Counted from the stretch's first letter, positions 1 to 10,364 are shown. The stretch is DNA of 64,000 nt from an uncultured Acidobacteriaceae bacterium (GCA_963832805.1 CAWHVN010000016.1:4154-68153), one strand, 5' to 3'. A program made the numbers and translations. The notes: generated by a model from the letters alone, not told the origin.

Positions 1-503
1 TCGGCGAGGCGCTTGAGGAATGCAGGCTTCACGTCCGCGGTCTCGAATTTCTCATCGAAGGAGCTGGGAATGCCACCGCCTCCGCCGCCGGCAATTCTCT
101 CGATCGCGGCTTCAATCTGTTTGGTCGCTTCGGGCAGCGCGGGCGCGCCGTCGGGCGTGGAGTACTTGATGCCGTTGTACTCCGGCGGATTGTGCGACGC
201 CGTAAAGTTGATGGAGCCTGACGTCTTGAGCGTGCGCACCGCGTAGGCGATGGCCGGCGTGGGCGCGGCCTCGGGAATCACGATGGGCGTGACGCCCGCG
301 CCTGCCAACACGCGCGCCGCCTCGGCCACAAAACTCTCGCCGAGGAATCGTGGATCGCGCCCTACCAGCATGCGATGCGGCTCGGGGAGAATCTTCACAT
401 ACGCGGCGATTCCACCTACTGCCAGCCGAATATTGGCGACGGTAAACTCATCGGCAACAATCGCCCGCCAACCCGAAGTGCCAAATTTGATCGCAGTGGA
501 CAT
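1..503 (-). CDS. Phosphoglucomutase/phosphomannomutase family protein (3' part runs off the window)
   Basis: Hand translation from ATG at 503: MSTAIKFGTSGWRAIVADEFT...TASHNPPEYNGIK, giving the FGTSG and catalytic TASHNP motifs of alpha-D-phosphohexomutases. Confidence 0.92.
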   Translation of the reverse strand, partial: MSTAIKFGTSGWRAIVADEFTVANIRLAVGGIAAYVKILPEPHRMLVGRDPRFLGESFVAEAARVLAGAGVTPIVIPEAAPTPAIAYAVRTLKTSGSINFTASHNPPEYNGIKYSTPDGAPALPEATKQIEAAIERIAGGGGGGIPSSFDEKFETADVKPAFLKRLA

Positions 504-675
504 GGTCTTCTCCGTATGCAGCGGCATCGTTCACCGCAAAGTTCATACTGCAACACCGGGCCCGGATCGGCAAGCAGCGGCACTTTCACCAGAATGAAAC
601 AGATGGATGAGCGGATTCGCGCAGCTGTTTGGGCGTAGAGTGTTGGCAGAATCGTTTTTATCCCGGAGGGGCCAA

Positions 676-1026
676 ATGCTCGAAACTACTTCGTCTGCCC
701 GCATCGTGATGACCACAGTGGTGAGCCCCGAGGAGGCCACTCGCCTGGGCCGCACGCTCGTTGAGGAGCACCTCGCCGCGTGTGCCACACTCCTTCCCCC
801 GGTTCACTCCATCTACCGGTGGCAAGGCAAGATCGAGTCGTCAGCCGAAACTCTGCTTCTGCTCAAGACCGCCAGCGAGCAATTGCCCGCTCTTGAATCC
901 AGACTGCAGGAGCTGCACAGTTACCAAACTCCTGAATTCCTTGTGCTTGGCATCGAGGCCGGCAGTCATACATACCTGAAATGGCTGTGTGCCAGCCTCA
1001 GTACGCCACAGGGTACCAAAGTGTAA
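676..1026 (+). CDS. cutA: Divalent-cation tolerance protein CutA
   Basis: LVEEHLAACATLLP, SIYRWQGKIE, HSYQTPE motifs; start placed at ATG 676 within ORF 607..1026. Confidence 0.93.
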   Translation: MLETTSSARIVMTTVVSPEEATRLGRTLVEEHLAACATLLPPVHSIYRWQGKIESSAETLLLLKTASEQLPALESRLQELHSYQTPEFLVLGIEAGSHTYLKWLCASLSTPQGTKV

Positions 1027-1081
1027 ACGAACGTCATTACCAGCGACAAGCCCTCTGGTATTCTTGTTGGAGTCCGTCGTC

Positions 1082-1243
1082 ATGCGCTGGCTCCTCATCG
1101 TTTTTCTCGTCTCGCTCGGGGCGCTGCTGTTTGCGGCTGCGGGGGCTGCCCGTCACATTTGGCTGCAGCGGACCAGGCGCGGGGAGCAACTCTCCCCGGC
1201 CCTGGAGCCGGCCAAGGAGCCCGACCTGAAAGTGAAGCCCTGA
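1082..1243 (+). CDS. Small single-TM membrane protein (53 aa)
   Basis: MRWLLIVFLVSLGALLFAAAGAARHIWLQR...; GGAG upstream of the ATG; fills the gap between cutA and mqnD. Confidence 0.6.
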   Translation: MRWLLIVFLVSLGALLFAAAGAARHIWLQRTRRGEQLSPALEPAKEPDLKVKP

Positions 1244-1370
1244 AGAATGTTGTAATGAAAGGTCCGGACTTTCCACCGGAAGCAAACCGTAATTGTGCGG
1301 TCATACACTGAATGCTGTTGCAAGATTGAAGAATGATTAAAGTTCCGTTGCCGAAAGGATCTCCCCCGTC

Positions 1371-2243
1371 GTGAGCACCAAGACCCCTGATCTCGCAGGT
1401 TCGAAGGCCCCCAACGAAATCTCCATCGCCCATAGCCCGGACTCCGATGATGCCTTCATGTTCTATGGCTTGGCGACCAACAAGGTTCGTGTACCGGGCT
1501 ACCGCTTCAGTCACACGCTCTGTGACATCGAGACGCTCAACCGCCGTGCCCGCGAAGAAGCCTTCTACGATGTAACGGCCATCAGCTTTCATGCCTATCC
1601 GTATTTGCAGGAGAACTACACGCTGATGGGCTGCGGCGGCAGCGTGGGCGAAGGTTATGGTCCGATGGTCGTCTCCAGCCGCATGCTCGACGTGAACGAC
1701 CTTGGCCGCATCCGCGTTGCCGTTCCGGGCACGCTCACCACGGCCTATCTCGCCCTCAAACTCCTCAACCCGGAAATTAAGACCGTTACCGTCCCCTTCG
1801 ACCGCATCATTCCCGAGATTCTGGCCGGCACCTACGATGCTGGACTCATCATTCACGAAGGCCAACTCACCTATTCCACCAGCGGTCTTTTTAGAGTGAT
1901 TGACCTTGGCGCCTGGTGGCGCGAAACCACCGGCTTCGTGCTGCCGCTTGGCGGCAATGCCATCCGCCGCTCGCTCGGCGCCAAGGCGCATAAAACGATC
2001 TCCAAAGCACTGCGCGACTCGATCCGGCATGCCCTGGATCACCGCGAGCAGGCCCTCGAATACGCCATGCAGTTTGCGCGTGACCTGGACACCACGATGG
2101 CCAGCCAATTTGTGAGCATGTATGTGAATGAGCGCACCCTCGACTACGGCGCCGATGGCCGCGAAGCCATCCGCAAGCTGCTGGCTATGGGCCACGAGCG
2201 GGGCATCATCCCCATTGCCCCGCAAGTTGACTTTGTGGATTAG
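1371..2243 (+). CDS. mqnD: MqnA/MqnD family protein (futalosine menaquinone pathway, MqnD-like)
   Basis: HSPDSDDAFMFY, DIETLN, PGTLTTAYLAL, GLIIHEGQLTY, LPLGGN motifs. Confidence 0.8.
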   Translation: MSTKTPDLAGSKAPNEISIAHSPDSDDAFMFYGLATNKVRVPGYRFSHTLCDIETLNRRAREEAFYDVTAISFHAYPYLQENYTLMGCGGSVGEGYGPMVVSSRMLDVNDLGRIRVAVPGTLTTAYLALKLLNPEIKTVTVPFDRIIPEILAGTYDAGLIIHEGQLTYSTSGLFRVIDLGAWWRETTGFVLPLGGNAIRRSLGAKAHKTISKALRDSIRHALDHREQALEYAMQFARDLDTTMASQFVSMYVNERTLDYGADGREAIRKLLAMGHERGIIPIAPQVDFVD

Positions 2244-2418
2244 CGCATCTTCAGGAAGAGCCGCGCGCGATCGGGCCGCGTGTTTGTCCTGCAGCGGACA
2301 CAGTACTCTTAGTGTCGTGAGTCCGCCCGCAGGTCATTGTGGCGGCCCAACAATCTTTGCCCGGTTTCTAAATATTTTCTAATCCGCGCCGATGCATCCA
2401 ACAAGGAGATTTGCCCGG

Positions 2419-3408
2419 ATGCCATCGCACACCCCTGCTGCTTTTCTCTTTGCGTCGCCCGACCCGGCACTTCTTAGCGCCGTCGAACCGGTGCTTTTAG
2501 CTGCCGGCGCGCGCGTCGAGGTGGTTCTCTCCGCCGAAGCCGCGCTCACTGCCATCGCCGGCGGGAATCCGCCGGGCCTGTTTTTGCTCGATGCGAAACT
2601 GCCCGGAATGGCGACCGGCCAATTGCTCGCTGCCGCGCGGGCCCAAGCCGACGTCCCGCGTTTCCCCATTGTTCTGATTGCAGACACCGTGACCCAGGAA
2701 TGGATCGATCGCCTTGCCGACGGCGCTGTTGACGACCTGATCCTGCGCGGGGCTGAACTCGCCTACTGGCAGCTACGGATCGACCTGGTGCTGCGCGATC
2801 AACGGCTGGCGCACGAACTCGAAACTCTTCGCGACGCCGCAATCCGCAACGCTCAGCTCGATCGCCTCACCGGCGTCTACAACCGCGAGACCATGCTCGC
2901 GATGCTCTTCCGCGAGACCGACCGCGTGCAGCGCATGGACAGCTCCCTGTGCCTGGTGCTTTTCGATATCGACGACTTCGGTCATTGGAACTCGCGGCTC
3001 GGTGTGGACGCCTGCGATGAGCTCCTGTGCCAGGTGGCCAGCCGGACGGGATCGCTGCTGCGCAGCTACGATCTGCTAGGGCGACCCGGCATGGACGAGT
3101 TTCTGATCGCACTGCCCTCATGCAGCCCCGCCAGCGCCATGATCCTGGCCGAGCGCCTTCGCGTCGACGTTTTTTCCGTGCCTTTCCGGGTGGCGGGCGA
3201 GGCCGTCCGCCTCTCCGCGTCCTTCGGTATCGCCAACAGCCGCGGCCGGTCTCCGGTGGTGGTTCTGCGCGAAGCCGAAAAGGCCCTTGAGTGGGCCAAG
3301 GCGGCTGGACCCGAGTCGATCCAGTGTTTCGGATGCCCGCCGCAACCCGCTTCGTCGCCAGTCACGTTTCTCTCCGCGACTTCAGGCGATGAGCTGCTTG
3401 CGTGGTAG
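2419..3408 (+). CDS. REC-GGDEF protein with degenerate active site (GMDEF)
   Basis: N-terminal receiver (LLDAKLPGM), DRLTGVYNR, FDIDDF, RSYDLLGRPGMDEF, SASFGIA; start could be 2392 or 2419. Confidence 0.85.
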   Translation: MPSHTPAAFLFASPDPALLSAVEPVLLAAGARVEVVLSAEAALTAIAGGNPPGLFLLDAKLPGMATGQLLAAARAQADVPRFPIVLIADTVTQEWIDRLADGAVDDLILRGAELAYWQLRIDLVLRDQRLAHELETLRDAAIRNAQLDRLTGVYNRETMLAMLFRETDRVQRMDSSLCLVLFDIDDFGHWNSRLGVDACDELLCQVASRTGSLLRSYDLLGRPGMDEFLIALPSCSPASAMILAERLRVDVFSVPFRVAGEAVRLSASFGIANSRGRSPVVVLREAEKALEWAKAAGPESIQCFGCPPQPASSPVTFLSATSGDELLAW

Positions 3409-3487
3409 CGAAGTTTCCTCCGAGCCCATCCCTTTCGTCCGTCGCGGAAACGGCAGACAAAAACGGATGGGAAACGCCAGCCTCGGA

Positions 3488-4738
3488 CTATCCGTCGCAC
3501 GCTACCGTCGCGGCCGCTGGTTCCAGAAATTCCTGAAAGACTTCGTTTGAAATGAGCCGTCCGCGCGCGGTGAGGCGAACGCGCGCGCTGTCGGCGATCA
3601 ACAGGCCATCGCCGACAAGCCGCTCCACCTTTTCCATTGCCTGTGCGACCATCTCGGGGCCGAATTCTTGTCTGAGCGCGTCGACGTCCACACCCTCATT
3701 CATGCGCAACCCGAGAAACCACGCTTCCTCGTGCTGCCGTACGGGCGGAAGCCATACGGTCTGCGGCGCTGTTGATCCAGCGAGATACTCTTTCAGATCA
3801 TCCGTGGTCGTGTAGCGAAGCACATCGGGCGGTTTTACTTGGCCTCTGGCGCCGTTCCAAAAGGCTGCTGCATGCAATGCCATCGACGAAGCATCCAGTC
3901 CCACTCCCAGGTAAGGCCGCCGCTGCCAATAGCGCAGGTTGTGCCGCGACTTGAATCCAGGGCGCGCGAAATTCGAGATTTCGTACTGATTGAGGCCGGC
4001 CGCTGCCAGCTGCTCGATTGCGCGCTCGTACATCCAGGCGATGGCATCGTCGCTCGGTACCAGATCGGCATGATAGCGCGCACCGTGTTTGAGCACCTCG
4101 CGGCCGAGGCGCGAGTCCTCGTCTACCTCAAGCATGTATACGCTGGCGTGGGGAACGCCTGAATCCAGAAGCACCTGCAACGACTCATTCCACGAGGACA
4201 GCGTCTGCCCGGCCAGCCCGGCAATCAGATCCACATTCAGGTTTGCGATTCCGGCCGCGCGCAGCCGCCGCAAATCTTCCACGACAATTGCGCGGCTGTG
4301 CAGACGGCCGCTCGGGTGCGCTTCGGAATCAACAAAGGACTGGACGCCGAGGCTAACGCGGTTCACACCCGCGGCCACGATCGCCTCCAGTGTCGCGTCC
4401 GCAAGCTGCCCAGGCGCGCACTCCACGGTGATCTCCGCATTGGCGTCGAGATCGAATTCCGTGCGGATCGAGTTAAAGAGCCGCACCAGGAGATGAGGAG
4501 CCAACAGACTAGGCGTTCCGCCGCCCAGGTACACCGTGTCCACGCGAGGGGGAAGCTCCGCTCCCATTGTTGCCGCCCACGGCCTCGCCCCAGTCAGGTC
4601 CTCGATTAGCTGGTCCACATAGCGCACGTGATCCGCCGACGGATACACTCCCGAAGCAAAGTTGCAATAGGTGCACTTCGACCGGCAAAAGGGGATGGAA
4701 ACGTAGATCCCGAGCGCATTGGCATCGTTGCCAGTCAT
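3488..4738 (-). CDS. hemW: Radical SAM heme chaperone HemW (HemN-like)
   Basis: IPFCRSKCTYCNF (CxxxCxxC), YLGGGTPS, RVSLGVQSF, YEISNFA, HNLRYW. Confidence 0.9.
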   Translation of the reverse strand: MTGNDANALGIYVSIPFCRSKCTYCNFASGVYPSADHVRYVDQLIEDLTGARPWAATMGAELPPRVDTVYLGGGTPSLLAPHLLVRLFNSIRTEFDLDANAEITVECAPGQLADATLEAIVAAGVNRVSLGVQSFVDSEAHPSGRLHSRAIVVEDLRRLRAAGIANLNVDLIAGLAGQTLSSWNESLQVLLDSGVPHASVYMLEVDEDSRLGREVLKHGARYHADLVPSDDAIAWMYERAIEQLAAAGLNQYEISNFARPGFKSRHNLRYWQRRPYLGVGLDASSMALHAAAFWNGARGQVKPPDVLRYTTTDDLKEYLAGSTAPQTVWLPPVRQHEEAWFLGLRMNEGVDVDALRQEFGPEMVAQAMEKVERLVGDGLLIADSARVRLTARGRLISNEVFQEFLEPAAATVACDG

Positions 4739-4828
4739 AGAGAGATTGTTTCACGCGCCTCAGCAGTCCGCGCGCCTTGGAGATCTTCGTCGCCGCTCAT
4801 GCAATGATGGATGGAAGGAGATCCGGTT

Positions 4829-5965
4829 TTGAAAGCCTGGCCTGTCTTTGCCATCCTAGTCATCCAGGTCATCCTTCTTCTCGCCCATTGGTTCGTCTAC
4901 TCCACCTGCATCGCCTTCTGGCCCGGTCTCGCTCCCGCGACGGTCGCTGATCTGCGCGTTGCGATGCTCGTTCTGGCGTTCAGCTTCGTCACCGCCTCGC
5001 TGCTCTCCTTCCGCTTTTCAAACTCTGCTGTCCGGTTGTTCTACTGGGCCGCGGCTGTTTGGCTCGGCTTTCTCAACTTCCTTTTTTGGGCGTCGTGCGC
5101 CGTGTGGCTGGCGTGGTTTGCGCTGCGAATTTCTCATCTGACGGCGAATCCTGCTGTAATTCGCTCGCCGCTGGCGGCCGCGATCTATGCGATAGCCGCG
5201 CTCACCGCCATCTACGGCCTCATCAACGCTCGCATCGTTTGCACGCGCCGCGTCGCATTGCACATCACCGACCTGCCCGCGTCCTGGCACGGACGCAGGG
5301 CCGTTCTGCTGAGCGACTTGCACCTCGGCCCTATCAATAGCGTCCGTTTCTGCCGCCGTCTGGTTGCACTGGCCTCAAGCTTCCATCCCGACGTTGTCTT
5401 TCTTCCCGGTGACCTCTTCGACGGAACAAAGGGCGATCTCGATCAACTGCTCGCGCCCTTCAGCGATCTTTCACCGCCCTTGGGCATCTTCTTCTCGACC
5501 GGCAACCACGAGGAATTTACATCGCCCGCGCGCTACATCGAAGCCGTCACGCGGGCGGGCATCCGCGTCCTCGCCAACGAGCAAGTCGTAATCGACGGCC
5601 TCCGGATTGCGGGCGTTCTCTATCACGACTCGTCTTCGCCGCTGCATATGAAAGCCGCGCTCAGCAGTATGCGCCCCAACGGTCCGGAATCTGACCAAAA
5701 CCAACCCGGCATTCTGCTAAACCACGCACCCACGCGCCTACCGATTGTGGAGCAGGCCGGTTTCAGCCTGCAGCTCTCAGGCCACACCCACGGCGGGCAG
5801 TTCGTGCCCTACACCTGGATCACGCGCCGCGTCTACGGCCGCTTCACGCGCGGCCTGCACCGCTTCGGCACGCTGCAGGTTTACACTTCCACGGGCGCCG
5901 GAACCTGGGGCCCTCCCATGCGCGTCGGCGCGCGGCCAGAGATTGTTTTCCTCACGTTTGAATAG
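4829..5965 (+). CDS. Membrane-anchored metallophosphoesterase (YkuE-like)
   Basis: About four N-terminal TM helices, then SDLHLG, GDLFD, GNHE, LNHAP, SGHTHGGQ. AAGGAG precedes TTG at 4829; alternative ATG at 4811. Confidence 0.9.
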   Translation: MKAWPVFAILVIQVILLLAHWFVYSTCIAFWPGLAPATVADLRVAMLVLAFSFVTASLLSFRFSNSAVRLFYWAAAVWLGFLNFLFWASCAVWLAWFALRISHLTANPAVIRSPLAAAIYAIAALTAIYGLINARIVCTRRVALHITDLPASWHGRRAVLLSDLHLGPINSVRFCRRLVALASSFHPDVVFLPGDLFDGTKGDLDQLLAPFSDLSPPLGIFFSTGNHEEFTSPARYIEAVTRAGIRVLANEQVVIDGLRIAGVLYHDSSSPLHMKAALSSMRPNGPESDQNQPGILLNHAPTRLPIVEQAGFSLQLSGHTHGGQFVPYTWITRRVYGRFTRGLHRFGTLQVYTSTGAGTWGPPMRVGARPEIVFLTFE

Positions 5966-5970
5966 AGGGG

Positions 5971-8472
5971 CTATTCCCCGGCCGGCACTTCTTCCAGCAA
6001 TCGCTTCCACGTCTTCTGGTTTTTGCGGAAGCCCTTTTTCAGGTCCTCTAGAATTCGCTCGAAGTCCGCATTGGTGCGCAGGTTGTTCCACGCGGGATTC
6101 TTCTGGAACCAGGGATAGTTCTCATTGCCGAGATAAATGGCGCGGCGCAGCCAGTGCAGAGCTTCGCTTGAGTCGCCGTCCACGGCGAAGTAAGTCGCCA
6201 GTCGGTAAGCCATCTCGCTATCGGCCTCGGCGGCAGCCAGCGTGTCGTCTTTGAGCAGAGAAGCGCCACGCTCCCGCGCGCCCGCCTGCACATAGCAGAT
6301 GGCGAGGGTGGGTACGGCAATGCGCAGCGAGGGATCGTCGGCGATGACGCCTTCCAGAGTTTCGATGGCTTTATCGAGATTCCCCTGCCGCATCTGCTGA
6401 TAGCCCGACGAAGTGCGCAGCAGCGGATGGCGCGGCTCCAGAGCCAAGCCTTTTTCCAGCTCGTCGCCGGCCAGCTCGATCTGGTTTTGGTAGTGGTACA
6501 CGCGGGCGCGATGGTTGTAGAGAATTGCCGCGTTGGCCGGATTCAATTTGAGCGCGCGGCTGAATGCCCCCAGCGCTTCGTCGTACATGCCGTCGCCGCG
6601 CAGCGCCAGGCCGGCAACCATGTGGACATTCCAGTCGTTCGCGGCGCCGGCGAGCAGGTTGGCAATGCCATGCCGCGCCGACTCCTTCTCGCCGCGCGAC
6701 AGCAGCATGTAAATGCGGTAAAGATTCGACTCGGTCGACGCCGGATCGAGCTTTAGCGCCTCTTCAAAGGCGCGGCGCGCACGCATCACGTGAATCTGCC
6801 CGCCGAAACCGTGCCGCGCGTACTGCAACTCGGCGATGCCCAACCCGCTCCATCCCGCAGCGAATCCAGCGTCGGCCTCGGTGACGCGGGTGAACAACGC
6901 ATGCGCGCGATCCAGATCGGCGCGCGAACCGGTGCGCACCATAAACGAGCTCAGCAATGCCCGCGCCTGCAAATATCTCTCGCTCACCGGTCCGGGCAGC
7001 GATCCATCGCGCGCCGCACCGCGCGCAGCATCCGCGGTTTGCCAGGCGCGCTGCGCTTCGATTCCCTCCGCGGCCCCCATTCCCTGCAGCGTGGCGAACA
7101 CCTCGTTCGAAATCTCCGTCTGCACGGCGATCAAATCGAGCGACGCGACGCGAATCGATCCGCCGGTGCGCACGCTTTGCGAAGTGACGTCGAGCAGTTG
7201 CCAGTTCAGGTCGAATCCGCTGTCAGAGCGCACGAAACTTCCGGCGAGGACAAACTTCACCAGCAGCTTTTGCCCAATTGCCAGCGGGTCCATTTGCGCC
7301 CAGGGTTGCGCGCCGGCCAGCGGCATCAACGCACTCGAGGGCCGCACGACTAGCGACGGAATCCGCGCCAGCCGGGCCGCAATCGCATCTGCAAGCGCGT
7401 AACCGTAAAGTGGTGCCGCCTCGGTCGCGCCCAGGTTGGCAAAGGGCAGCACGACCAGCGAATTCTGCGGCTTCTGCTCCACTGCCGACTCGCGAAACCG
7501 CTCGGCAAGCATGGAGAGCAAACCCGTCGCGCGCTTTTCCGCCTCGGCGCCCGTGGCCGGCAAGTTGGCCGCTGCGTCGCCGGGAATGATCCCTGTCTCG
7601 ATGCGCAGCGCCTTCATGATGGTCTTCAGTCCCTCGCGGACCTCGGCCGCCGATGCCGTGCGCGAGCCCGGATTCTTTTCGAGACAGGCGGCAATCACGC
7701 TCTTGAGCTCCGGAGAAATCTCCGGGACGATCGCGCTCAAATCCTCGGGCTCCTGAAACTGAATGGCGCGAATGGCCTGAAAATCCTCGGCGTCGGGCCG
7801 AGCGAAGGGGTGGCGCCCGCTCGCTAGCTCATAGAGAATCACGCCCAGCGCCCACACGTCTGACTGCACGCTCGAGTGCCCGGTGACAAACTGCTCCGGC
7901 GCCATGTAGCGAATGGTTCCGCCCCGCGCAGTGAACGTTGAGGAAACGGATGCATCCTTGGCCATCGCGGGCTGTGCCGGGTCGAAGCGCGCGTCCTCGG
8001 GAGTGAGCCGCCGCGCCAGCCCGAAATCCAGAATCTTCACCAGGCCACCGTCGGTGAGCATTACGTTCTGCGGCTTCAAATCGCGGTGAAAAATTCCCAG
8101 CACATGCGCCGCCTGCAATCCGTCGGCGATCTGGATTCCCACCGAGAGCACGAGCTGAGGGCTCGCAGGCCCGCTGGCAATCAACTCATCCAGGGGCTGG
8201 CCTGGCACAAATTGCATGGCGATGTAAGCTTCGTCGCCGCTCTCGCCCACCTCGTAAATCGCGCACACATTAGGATGCTCGATGGCCGAAGCCAGCCGCG
8301 CCTCGCGCAGCACGGTGGACCGCATCTGCTCGGCGGTTAGCAGCCCTGTGTGGAGCATCTTTAGCACCACGGGCCGCTGCAACAGCGTGTCGTTGGCCGC
8401 GTACACCACGCCGCTGCCTCCGGCGCCCAGGCGCCGCAGAATCTCGTAATGGGCAATCGTCTTTCGCTTCAT
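5971..8472 (-). CDS. Hanks-type Ser/Thr protein kinase with TolB-like and TPR regions
   Basis: GAGGSG, HRDLKPQN, DFG, YMAPE, SDVWALG; LVVLPFANL TolB-like segment; C-terminal TPR-like helices; no TM segment. Confidence 0.93.
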   Translation of the reverse strand: MKRKTIAHYEILRRLGAGGSGVVYAANDTLLQRPVVLKMLHTGLLTAEQMRSTVLREARLASAIEHPNVCAIYEVGESGDEAYIAMQFVPGQPLDELIASGPASPQLVLSVGIQIADGLQAAHVLGIFHRDLKPQNVMLTDGGLVKILDFGLARRLTPEDARFDPAQPAMAKDASVSSTFTARGGTIRYMAPEQFVTGHSSVQSDVWALGVILYELASGRHPFARPDAEDFQAIRAIQFQEPEDLSAIVPEISPELKSVIAACLEKNPGSRTASAAEVREGLKTIMKALRIETGIIPGDAAANLPATGAEAEKRATGLLSMLAERFRESAVEQKPQNSLVVLPFANLGATEAAPLYGYALADAIAARLARIPSLVVRPSSALMPLAGAQPWAQMDPLAIGQKLLVKFVLAGSFVRSDSGFDLNWQLLDVTSQSVRTGGSIRVASLDLIAVQTEISNEVFATLQGMGAAEGIEAQRAWQTADAARGAARDGSLPGPVSERYLQARALLSSFMVRTGSRADLDRAHALFTRVTEADAGFAAGWSGLGIAELQYARHGFGGQIHVMRARRAFEEALKLDPASTESNLYRIYMLLSRGEKESARHGIANLLAGAANDWNVHMVAGLALRGDGMYDEALGAFSRALKLNPANAAILYNHRARVYHYQNQIELAGDELEKGLALEPRHPLLRTSSGYQQMRQGNLDKAIETLEGVIADDPSLRIAVPTLAICYVQAGARERGASLLKDDTLAAAEADSEMAYRLATYFAVDGDSSEALHWLRRAIYLGNENYPWFQKNPAWNNLRTNADFERILEDLKKGFRKNQKTWKRLLEEVPAGE

Positions 8473-8560
8473 CGCTCATCTCAAGTCTAGCGGGCAACTC
8501 GTAAAGACTGTCTTAAATCGATGCTCTTCGCCGTTCCGCCGCCAATCTGATAACGTCGAT

Positions 8561-10108
8561 GTGACGATGGACCGCATGAGTGGATTTGCGGCGCGAAACA
8601 ACCGGCGCCCGGCGCATTCTATGCCGGCGGCGACGCTGGTCCTCGCCTTTGCGCTCGCCGCGCCGTTGTGTCCTCTCGCGGCGCAGCAAAGCGCGGAACA
8701 GCCGGCGCAGCAAGTTCAGCCCGCAATCTCTGCTCCGGAAAGCGAGCCCTTTTCTGGCGCACAGCAGCCCGGCGCGGGCGCGCAACTCCACACCGGGACC
8801 AGCAGCGGTCTTGATACCGAAGCCCGCTTGCAGAATTTGCTGGCCGATCACCAATACCTTCGCATCCAAGCGCAACTCAGCCAGTTGCCACCGGATCAGG
8901 CGCAGTTCTATCGCGGCATTCTAGCCAACCGCTCAAATCAACTGGATCAATCAGTCCGGCTGCTCGAGCCGCTCGTTGACCAGGTGACTGCCAGCGGAGA
9001 TACAGCGCGCGAGAAGCTGCTGCGCATGACGCTCGCCGAAGACTATCTACGCCTGGGCGATTGGGCCAAAGCCGGCCGGGCATACCAGGCGCTTGACGCG
9101 CGGCTAGGCGCCAAGCTCACCTCCGGCGAACAAGACGAAATTGAGATGCCGCTCAAGATGCTGCCGCTGGCCAAGGACAATCCGCCCATCACGGTCGATC
9201 CTTGCGAACCCTTCAGGCTTCAGGTCAGCAACGATCTTCTTGGCCTTATCGATGTGCCCGTCTTCATTGACGCGCGCTCCCATAGCTGGATGCTCGATCC
9301 CACCGCTCCATTCAATCTCATTTCCCGCTCGATTGCGCGGGATGTCGGGCTCACCGTCTCACTGGAGTCCGCCACTATCCGCACACTCACCGGGCGCCCC
9401 ATTCAGGTTCATGTCACGGTGATTCCCCGCTTCACCATTGGCGGTCGCCTTACGCTGCACGATGTTACCGCTTTCGTTTTCGACGACGCGGATTATTCCT
9501 TCCCGCACTCCGGCTATCAGGTTGAAGGTGTCCTGGGGTATCCCGCGCTCGCCGCCATGGGCAGGCTCACCGTTTCCGATAACACCATCCAGGTCGATCC
9601 CGCCAAGGAGAGCGATCCGCTAGAGGACAAGGATCGCCTCACCGCCGGCGCCCGCTTCTATCTTGACGGCGATCAAATGATCGTCGCCCTCGGACGCACG
9701 CTCGACTCCGCTGCCGATTCCTCCTTGCAAGAGGTCACCGCGGGCAGCCGCGACGACTCAGGTGAAAACGACGACCGGATGTTCGCCATCGACGCCGGTG
9801 GACAACAGACGTATCTGACCTCGCGCTGGTTCGACGAACACGCCGCCGAGTTCAACGGCCAGAAGATGGAACCCTTCTCATTCCCCGGCATGGATTCCGG
9901 TCCTGGGTCGGCCTATGTCGCCGAGACCGTCCCCCTGGTCGTTGGCGATACGTCCATCGACCTCCACTACATCCCCGTTCTCACGCAGCCATTTAGCTCA
10001 GCCGCCCGCGACGATGTTTACGGCGTTCTTGGCATCGATGCTCTCGATCAGCTCAGGAGCTACACCTTCGACTACCGCACCATGCGCTTCAGCGCGAGAG
10101 GTGAGTAG
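8561..10108 (+). CDS. Secreted retropepsin-like (aspartyl protease fold) protein with N-terminal helical region
   Basis: Signal peptide; two lobes with MLDPTA...GVLG and IDAGG...GVLGIDAL...YTFDY patterns; start uncertain. Confidence 0.7.
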   Translation: MTMDRMSGFAARNNRRPAHSMPAATLVLAFALAAPLCPLAAQQSAEQPAQQVQPAISAPESEPFSGAQQPGAGAQLHTGTSSGLDTEARLQNLLADHQYLRIQAQLSQLPPDQAQFYRGILANRSNQLDQSVRLLEPLVDQVTASGDTAREKLLRMTLAEDYLRLGDWAKAGRAYQALDARLGAKLTSGEQDEIEMPLKMLPLAKDNPPITVDPCEPFRLQVSNDLLGLIDVPVFIDARSHSWMLDPTAPFNLISRSIARDVGLTVSLESATIRTLTGRPIQVHVTVIPRFTIGGRLTLHDVTAFVFDDADYSFPHSGYQVEGVLGYPALAAMGRLTVSDNTIQVDPAKESDPLEDKDRLTAGARFYLDGDQMIVALGRTLDSAADSSLQEVTAGSRDDSGENDDRMFAIDAGGQQTYLTSRWFDEHAAEFNGQKMEPFSFPGMDSGPGSAYVAETVPLVVGDTSIDLHYIPVLTQPFSSAARDDVYGVLGIDALDQLRSYTFDYRTMRFSARGE

Positions 10109-10142
10109 AGGAGCAGGGAATAGGCGGACAGAGTGCTGACAC

Positions 10143-10364
10143 CTACTCTTTCGCCTTCTCCAGCTTTGTCTGCCCGCGCCGGCCCAGCATCAGAGCCACG
10201 ATCCCAAAAACCAGCAGCACCAATCCCCACCACAAATTAGCATCGATTCCCATGCTCTTCGCATAGGCGTCCATGCTGGTGCGCGTGGCCAGGCCGAAAG
10301 CTGTCAGGATGGTTCCGATCAAGGTGAACGCCATACCCATCGAGATGCGCGGATCGTAAAACAT
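10143..10364 (-). CDS. Small 2-TM membrane protein downstream of the SSS transporter
   Basis: DPRISMGMAF...ANLWWGLVLLVFG; GAGGGAG SD; 16 bp after the SSS stop. Confidence 0.8.
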   Translation of the reverse strand: MFYDPRISMGMAFTLIGTILTAFGLATRTSMDAYAKSMGIDANLWWGLVLLVFGIVALMLGRRGQTKLEKAKE

